A stretch of 64,000 nucleotides of DNA, taken from the NCBI GenBank assembly GCA_044225555.1, contig JBGAIM010000001.1:476479-540478 (forward strand), written 5' to 3'. Within the stretch, counting starts at the first letter, position 1; the number at the start of each line of letters is the position of its first letter. The stretch comes from Limisphaerales bacterium (GTDB lineage: Bacteria; Verrucomicrobiota; Verrucomicrobiia; Limisphaerales; JADLHS01). Positions 58,078 to 64,000 of the stretch are shown piece after piece. Below the pieces are notes generated by a model, which was not told the DNA's origin, did not search any database, and was given only the letters and a program-made list of their open reading frames with translations. Made by a program: the position numbers and the translations under genes.

Positions 58078-59373
58078 ATGCATGACTTTCGTTATGTCGG
58101 GAACAAACTTTATTGCGAGGGGGTCTCCGTCGAAACCTTGGCCAAGAAATTCGGCACGCCGCTCTACGTCTATTCGCAGCGCACGCTGACGAACCATTTC
58201 CAGAAACTCGATCGGGCCATGGCCCCGGTGGATCACCTGATCTGTTTCGCCATGAAGTCCAACTCGAACCAATCCGTCCTGCGGACCATCGCCAATCTGG
58301 GCGGCGGGTTCGACATCGTCAGCGGCGGCGAATTGCAGCGGGTCATTGCCGCGGGCGGCGATCCGAAGAAGTGCGTGTTCGCCGGCGTGGGCAAATCCGA
58401 GGCGGAAATTGAATTGGCCCTGTGGCGCGGGGTGTATTCGTTCAACGTCGAGAGTGAACCCGAGTTGCAGCGCATCAACAAAGTCGCAGCACGGTTGAAG
58501 AAAATAGCGCCGGTCGCCGTACGGGTGAACCCGAACGTGGACGCGCACACGCACCACAAAATTACCACCGGCACGTACGAGAATAAGTTCGGCATCGCCC
58601 TCGAGCAGATCGAAGGCGTCTATGCCCGCGCCAGCAAGCTGAAGAACCTCCGGCTGCGCGGACTCCAAATGCACATCGGCTCGCAGCTCACCGCCGTGTC
58701 GCCGTTCGAGCAGGCGGTGGGCAAGGTGATTCCGCTAGCGCAGCGCTTGCAGAAGCGGCACGGCATCGAGTTCTTCAGTATCGGCGGCGGACTGGGCATC
58801 GTTTATCAACCGGCCCTGGCCAGCGGGGAGGCGTCATGGTGGCAGAAGGATGGGAAGAAGATTCTCACGCCGGAGAAATACGCCGCGCGCCTCGTGCCGC
58901 TGCTCAAGCCGCTCGGCTTGCGCATTCTCATGGAGCCGGGCCGGTTTATTTCCGGCAACGCGGGCATCCTCGTCACGCGCGTCGAATATGTGAAGCGCAC
59001 GGGCAAAAAGAATTTCGTCATCGTGGACGGCGCGATGAATGACCTGATCCGGCCGGCGTTTTACGATGCTTATCACGAGATCGTCCCGCTCACGCGGAAA
59101 GGCGGCGCAACCATTTCATCCGATGTCGTCGGGCCGATTTGCGAATCGGGCGATTACTTCTGCAAAGACCGGCCACTGGCCAAAGTGGGCGAGGGCGATC
59201 ATCTCGCGCTGCTCAGTGCCGGGGCGTATGGTTTCGTGATGGCGTCGAATTACAACACGCGGTCGCAGGTGGCGGAAGTGTTGGTGAACGGGCGAAAGTT
59301 TGCCGTAACGCGCGAACGTCAACCGGTGGCAGACATCTGGGCCGGCGAAACAATTGCGCCCTGGCTCAAGTAA
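58078..59373 (+). CDS. lysA: Diaminopimelate decarboxylase
   Basis: GTPLYVYS, FAMKSN, NKFGI, HIGSQ, EPGR, GPICESGD, GAYG..MASNYN.R. Confidence 0.96.
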   Translation: MHDFRYVGNKLYCEGVSVETLAKKFGTPLYVYSQRTLTNHFQKLDRAMAPVDHLICFAMKSNSNQSVLRTIANLGGGFDIVSGGELQRVIAAGGDPKKCVFAGVGKSEAEIELALWRGVYSFNVESEPELQRINKVAARLKKIAPVAVRVNPNVDAHTHHKITTGTYENKFGIALEQIEGVYARASKLKNLRLRGLQMHIGSQLTAVSPFEQAVGKVIPLAQRLQKRHGIEFFSIGGGLGIVYQPALASGEASWWQKDGKKILTPEKYAARLVPLLKPLGLRILMEPGRFISGNAGILVTRVEYVKRTGKKNFVIVDGAMNDLIRPAFYDAYHEIVPLTRKGGATISSDVVGPICESGDYFCKDRPLAKVGEGDHLALLSAGAYGFVMASNYNTRSQVAEVLVNGRKFAVTRERQPVADIWAGETIAPWLK

Positions 59374-59409
59374 GGTGCGGGCGGCTTCGCTCGCGCCGGA
59401 AAGGAAATC

Positions 59410-60291
59410 ATGCCGGAAAAAATTGGTTTCGTCGGAGTCGGTCGCATGGGCGCGAATATGGCGCGGCGGTTGCAGGAATGCGGTTATCCTGTGGCGGCGG
59501 TGTTCGACGCGAACCAGGCGGCGGCGCAATCGCTTGCGCAGGAGTTGAGTTGTGTCGCGGCGGAAAACCTCAAGACCGTTACCGCATTGGCCGACGTGAT
59601 CGTCACGGTCGTCAGCGATGATCTGGCGATGAAGCGCATCTATGTCGGGGGGCTGCTGAATCGATCCCGGGGGAAACTTTTCATCAACTGCGCCACCGTC
59701 ACGCCGGCCACCCACCGGTGGGTGGAGCAAAAATGCGAGTCCAAAGGCGCGAGTTCGCTCGAGGCCTGCATGGCGTCGAGCATCACGCAGGCGCGGCAGG
59801 GCTCGCTCTATCTCATGTGCGGCGGGAAACTGGAAGTCTTCGAGCGCGCCAAACCCATTCTGGAAAAGCTCGGCAGCGCGCTGCGTTACATCGGTTCGGC
59901 GGGTAAGGCCGCAGAGGTCAAGGCGCTGGTGAACATGGTCATGAACGCGAACACGGCTGCTCTCGCAGAAGGACTGGGTCTTGGCGCGGCATTGGGTCTT
60001 GATCTCGCGATGTTGCGCGAGGTCTTTTCCCAGACCGGCGCGCGCTCGGGCGTTTTACAAACTGACGGCGAAGACATGCAAAACCGCGAGCACTCCTGCT
60101 TTTTCTCCGCCGCTCATGCGGCCAAGGACTCTGGCATCGCGCTTAAACTGGCGAAGGAACAGGGTTTGCAGCTTCCGCTGGCCGCAGCGACCAAGAAGCA
60201 ATACGACCGCATGATCAAGGAAGGTTTTGGCGAACTCGACAAGTCAGGCATTGCGGAACTGACTTTCAAGGGACGCGGCCGGACGGCATGA
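59410..60291 (+). CDS. NAD(P)-dependent oxidoreductase, 3-hydroxyisobutyrate dehydrogenase family
   Basis: IGFVGVGRMG, A..G.L..M.GG, K...N, KD..IA. Confidence 0.9.
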   Translation: MPEKIGFVGVGRMGANMARRLQECGYPVAAVFDANQAAAQSLAQELSCVAAENLKTVTALADVIVTVVSDDLAMKRIYVGGLLNRSRGKLFINCATVTPATHRWVEQKCESKGASSLEACMASSITQARQGSLYLMCGGKLEVFERAKPILEKLGSALRYIGSAGKAAEVKALVNMVMNANTAALAEGLGLGAALGLDLAMLREVFSQTGARSGVLQTDGEDMQNREHSCFFSAAHAAKDSGIALKLAKEQGLQLPLAAATKKQYDRMIKEGFGELDKSGIAELTFKGRGRTA

Positions 60292-60292
60292 C

Positions 60293-61174
60293 ATGTTGAC
60301 GCGCATGGGCCGGAAATCTGTCACGACAATCCCGCCTGTTCTGCGCCAGGTCGTGAACCTCTGGACGCTCGTCTGGCATCCCACCAGGAATCGCGAGTGG
60401 ACGCTGGAACGCAAACTCCGCGCGGTGAAGGACGCCGGCTTCGATGGCTTCACCACGCAACTGACACCCCAACACAAGAAGCTGGGAGACAAACTGGGAT
60501 TGATCCGCGTGGGCTATTTTGCATCCAGTGAGGCACACAAGTTCGGCGCGCTGTTACATTCACAAAAAGAGGCCGGCGCCTTGCATGTGAATGTTCAACT
60601 GGGAAATCACGACACGCCGACGGCAACGGCACTGCGCCTGGCGCGCAGGTTGATCGACGAAAGCCGCAAGCTCGGCCTGGAAACCGCCATCGAGGTGCAT
60701 CGCGACACTTGCACCGAAACGCCCGAGAAAACCTACGCGCTCGCCGACGCCTACGAAAAGGCCACCGGCGAATTGATTCCGTTCGTATGGGATTACTCGC
60801 ACCTCGCCGTCGTCAAACATCTGCTCCCGCCGTTCTGGCCCCGACTGGGTCAACGCCCGGACTTGATCCAGCGTGCGCAGCAATTCCACTTTCGACCTTT
60901 CAATGGTCATCACTGCCAGGTCCCGGTCACAAACGGGCGCGGCGAACTGACCCCGGAGTTTCTTGACTACGTTCCGTTCATGGAAAAGGTCATGGAAACC
61001 TGGCTCGCCACCGCTACTCCGGGTCGCGAGTTGATTGCCGTACCGGAGCTCGGCCCTTTGTGGATGGGCTACAACCTCTCGGCGTTCCCGCGCAGTTGGG
61101 ACGACGCCTGTGTGTTGCGCCGGGAAATCGAGAAATGCTGGCGGCGTGTGGTAATCCGCGTTTTCTCCGGCTGA
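60293..61174 (+). CDS. Sugar-phosphate isomerase/epimerase (xylose-isomerase-like TIM barrel)
   Basis: AGFDG, EVHR, DYSH, HFR, PELGP metal-site pattern; start uncertain (60293/60305). Confidence 0.75.
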   Translation: MLTRMGRKSVTTIPPVLRQVVNLWTLVWHPTRNREWTLERKLRAVKDAGFDGFTTQLTPQHKKLGDKLGLIRVGYFASSEAHKFGALLHSQKEAGALHVNVQLGNHDTPTATALRLARRLIDESRKLGLETAIEVHRDTCTETPEKTYALADAYEKATGELIPFVWDYSHLAVVKHLLPPFWPRLGQRPDLIQRAQQFHFRPFNGHHCQVPVTNGRGELTPEFLDYVPFMEKVMETWLATATPGRELIAVPELGPLWMGYNLSAFPRSWDDACVLRREIEKCWRRVVIRVFSG

Positions 61175-61270
61175 GTTTTGCGACCGGCCTTTGACGAATC
61201 TGCCCAAACAAAACGGCCCGCCAATTCGCATTGGCGAGCCGCGAAAGATTACAATTCGGTCACTGCCGGC

Positions 61271-61903
61271 TCAAGCCTGCCGGCGACGCATGGCCGCGAA
61301 CGCCAAACCACCAAGACCCAACAAGGCCAGGGAGGAGGGTTCGGGCACAGCGCTGAATGAGACGTCGTCCACGAAGACGTTGCCGTTGCCCAAGGGATTG
61401 GTGGAGAAACTTTGAATGGCGTAAACCACGCGGGCGGTGTCTGCCCCGGCTGGAACCAAACCGGCCAGGTTGAAAGCTGAATAAGCCGCACCCGGAACTG
61501 GCGTCGCATTTGGCGTGCGTGAAACCTCGGTGTTGCTGATCGAATTGCGCCATTCAATGCGGATTTCCACCCCCAAGTCCAACGGATTGGAAGTTGTCGC
61601 GTGCCATCCGTCGAGGCTGAAAGACATCCCCGCAGCAAGGCCCGGCACATCTTGAAAAGCACCGGCAAACGTATTGACCGTGTTATTGATTGATAGCCCG
61701 AGACTTTGGGCGCCCGTGCGGGGAAGCAGCGCGCTGTTGAGGGCAGAAGCGCCACCGCCGCTAAAGCCTTCCCAAAATCCAACGAACGGCGCACCATCGG
61801 AAGTGATCGGATCCTCAAAACCAGGATTAACGAGCATGTTCACAACAGCAGGTGACGTGGTAAGCGAGACGAGTAAAATGGATGTTGCTGCAAGGAGTTT
61901 CAT
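61271..61903 (-). CDS. PEP-CTERM sorting-domain protein (CBM-like body)
   Basis: Signal peptide, LVNPGFE...VFVDDVSF, VPEPSSLALLGLGGLAFAAMRRR. Confidence 0.93.
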   Translation of the reverse strand: MKLLAATSILLVSLTTSPAVVNMLVNPGFEDPITSDGAPFVGFWEGFSGGGASALNSALLPRTGAQSLGLSINNTVNTFAGAFQDVPGLAAGMSFSLDGWHATTSNPLDLGVEIRIEWRNSISNTEVSRTPNATPVPGAAYSAFNLAGLVPAGADTARVVYAIQSFSTNPLGNGNVFVDDVSFSAVPEPSSLALLGLGGLAFAAMRRRQA

Positions 61904-62039
61904 GACGCGACTTTGTCACCCGATTTTGAATGCGTCAACATTTTCCTGACCCGCAAAATTACGGACCACTGAATGGACATCGGCTTGCCGGGCGGACCTC
62001 GTCACATCGTCAATCAAACCAGTCCCTGCAAAACAGCGG

Positions 62040-62261
62040 CAGGAGAAACGGACAACTACTGGAAGGCGATTGTCAGCAACAGCGGCGAGGAAAGCGCGTG
62101 CGGCTGGTGCAAAGACCGCTGGGGCATCTCCGGGCAAATCACGCCCCGCGTGTTGACCGACGCGATGGCCGCCCGCGCTGAAGCCAAACGCGCCTGCGCC
62201 GCAATGATGGACATGGGCAAGATCGACATCGCCAAAATCGAGGCCGCACGGCGAGGGTGGT
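62040..62261 (+). pseudogene. 3' fragment of a VOC/PhnB-family (3-dmu-9 3-methyltransferase-like) gene, copy 1
   Basis: ETD.YW.AI...GEESACGWCKDRWGIS.QITPR...AKRA.AAMM.M.KIDIA.IEAARRG; no N-terminal half; W to G change; stop lost. Confidence 0.8.
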
Positions 62262-62382
62262 GGGAACGACGGCAGTGCAGTTGTGGCGAGTGTTGATTGA
62301 CGGATGGGATGGTTGCGAGCGGAACGGTTTGGCGGAGTCAGGGTTTGCTTCAGGTGGGTCGCGTGCAAAAATGGTGCATTCT

Positions 62383-63582
62383 ATGAAACCCGTGCGCTGT
62401 CGGATTCGATTTCTTTGCCGCCTTTTGCTTTTGGGAGTGCTGACAGGGTCGTGGCCGGCGGCGGCACAAAACTGGGCGAAGATTTACACCATCGGCCGGC
62501 TGGACAAGATCGCGTGTTCGGGTGATGGCACGAAATTGATGGTTTTTCAGAGGGAATTCGACGCCTGCGTCTCCTCCAATTCGGGCGCGACCTGGACCGA
62601 GCTTGCGAAGCCCAATAGTCAATACTGGCTGTCTGCCGGGTTGTCGCAGGATGGCAATTTACTGGTCGCGACCTTGCGACGCGGTGGCGAACCGACCGTC
62701 TATACTTCCACCAACCTCGGTGCTACTTGGATTCCGGGCGACGCGCCCACCAATTTGAATTGGACCTTCGTCAGTTGTTCAGCCGATGGCAGCCGCATGA
62801 CGATTGGCGGTTACACCTACACGATTCACGGGAATATCCCGGCGCCCATCTACGCTTCAACCAATTCGGGAGTCAATTGGACGCCGATCGCGGACAGCGG
62901 CGTCGCTTATTGTTCCGGAGATGGGACGAAACTATTCCAAGTGGACGCCTCCGGGATTTTCAAGGTGTCATCAAACTTCGGGGGAAGCTGGATGCCGACG
63001 TTGACCAACGCGAGCGGGCTGGCGGCCTGTTCGCACGATGGCGCGACGGTCTATGCCGGAGCGAGCACCAACGGGACGGATGTGATCTACGTCTCCCATG
63101 ATTCAGGTTTCAACTGGACGCCGGCGGGAACGCCGGCCGGAGTTTATCTTTATCCGCAGGCCTGCACCGCGGATGGCGTAAAGGTTTTTGCGTCGGGCAA
63201 TGACGGCAACGTCTATTCCTCGACCGATTCAGCCGCAACGTGGACCTCGAATTCCATACCTCTGCCAGCGCAAGGCATCGCCTGTTCCAGCGATGCCGCC
63301 AGCGTTTACGCGTTTTTCAACGTCGGCGACCCGGATTCTGGCTTTACCGGCAACGTCTTCACGCCACAACCCGCGCGCCTCTCCATCGCGCCGGCGGGCA
63401 CGAATGTGATTTTGTCGTGGCCGACAAATTATCTCGCCGCTTTCCAGTTGGAAGCAAACGCCGACACGGCCTCCGCCCTTTGGACCAACGTAACCGCGAC
63501 CCCCGAGATTGTAGGAGATCATTTTCAGGTGACCAATTCGACCGCCGGCGGGGCCACTTTCTTCCGGCTGAAATCCCCGTGA
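62383..63582 (+). CDS. Secreted BNR/Asp-box beta-propeller protein with C-terminal LSWP...FFRL domain
   Basis: Signal peptide (AAA-Q); six S.(N/D).G..W Asp-boxes, each followed by CS.DG; C-terminal ILSWP...FQLE...W..V...FFRLK. Confidence 0.85.
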   Translation: MKPVRCRIRFLCRLLLLGVLTGSWPAAAQNWAKIYTIGRLDKIACSGDGTKLMVFQREFDACVSSNSGATWTELAKPNSQYWLSAGLSQDGNLLVATLRRGGEPTVYTSTNLGATWIPGDAPTNLNWTFVSCSADGSRMTIGGYTYTIHGNIPAPIYASTNSGVNWTPIADSGVAYCSGDGTKLFQVDASGIFKVSSNFGGSWMPTLTNASGLAACSHDGATVYAGASTNGTDVIYVSHDSGFNWTPAGTPAGVYLYPQACTADGVKVFASGNDGNVYSSTDSAATWTSNSIPLPAQGIACSSDAASVYAFFNVGDPDSGFTGNVFTPQPARLSIAPAGTNVILSWPTNYLAAFQLEANADTASALWTNVTATPEIVGDHFQVTNSTAGGATFFRLKSP

Positions 63583-63653
63583 ACCAAATGGCCTCAACGC
63601 TATCCGTCCGCCGGATTTGAAGAAAATCGCCTCAGTAATGACGGACGGGCGAT

Positions 63654-63818
63654 TGGTGCAAAGACCGCTGGGGCATCTCCTGGCAAATCACGCCGCGCGT
63701 GTTGATGGACGCGCTGGCCGCCGGCGGCGCTGAAGCCAAACGCGCCTTCGCCGTGATGATGGACATGGGCAAGATCGACATCCCCAAGATCGAGGCCGCG
63801 CGGCGGGGGGTGATGTGA
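63654..63818 (+). pseudogene. 3' fragment of a VOC/PhnB-family gene, copy 2
   Basis: WCKDRWGISWQITPRVLMDALAAGGAEAKRAFAVMMDMGKIDIPKIEAARRG; no in-frame start; direct repeat of 62105-62261. Confidence 0.8.
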
Positions 63819-63827
63819 TTCTCAGAT

Positions 63828-63982
63828 GGAGCGCGACTGTGTCCGCAGGATCAGTCGCAGCGCGGGGCGGATGGGGAGGTGCTGGAATAACCCTGACGCG
63901 TTGGTGAATGCGGACGTGCTGCGGCTGGGCTTCGCCACAGCCGCGCTCCGAGAAAAGCCCCGGCGGGGCGACATCTTTGTAG
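63828..63982. repeat. REP-like inverted pair plus a further GC hairpin element
   Basis: GGAGCGCGACTGTG...CAGTCGCAGC (63828) and inverted GGAGCGCGGCTGTG...CAGCCGCAGC (ending 63949); GCCCC-GGC-GGGGC at ~63956. Confidence 0.7.
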
Positions 63983-64000
63983 TTCAAAACGCGAAGACAG

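Noticed and set aside
50412-63982. CRISPR array
   Set aside because: The repeats seen are short tandem heptamers or REP doublets, without regular unique spacers or cas genes

Overview
High-GC bacterial chromosome segment. A Verrucomicrobiota origin (probably a Pedosphaerales/Limisphaerales-like lineage) is inferred from the PEP-CTERM protein, a secreted protein with a LSWP...FFRL C-terminal domain, the REP types and the gene style. In order, the window holds: 2-oxoacid:ferredoxin oxidoreductase (alpha partial, beta); a PUR-family nucleic-acid binder; a minus-strand block nrdR-hypothetical-HIT-cstA(frameshifted)-nadD-rsfS; an Rrf2-hypothetical-thioredoxin-sigma70 stress cluster; a ~17 kb two-component island (multi-PAS/GAF kinases, HDOD and degenerate HD-GYP regulators, an XRE-receiver fusion); a sigma28-type late flagellar cluster (2x fliC, fliD, lipoprotein, flgM, fliS, FlgN/FliT-like) next to an NtrC-family regulator; ffh, tRNA-Tyr, purH; a capsule/EPS export set (beta-barrel, wzc, wza, FHA); a Yip1/MFP/MacB-type ABC exporter behind tRNA-Gln; gmhA, hisD, barstar, MFS, bioD, NarL regulator, lysA; and a small accessory tail. 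No integrase, transposase or CRISPR array was seen. The strongest unexplained signals are five. (1) The Rrf2 cluster has two TGTAA-N9-TTAC operators and all three downstream proteins end in ssrA-like degrons. (2) Both flagellin genes share a covarying multi-hairpin 5' leader with CsrA-type CANGGANG loops. (3) A C-protein-like XRE-receiver fusion sits beside a 16-bp motif found upstream of three genes. (4) An ATP-cone-like gene is coupled to nrdR. (5) CstA is fused to a YbdD-like RCC tail. All calls come from motif recognition by eye; no database searches were run.
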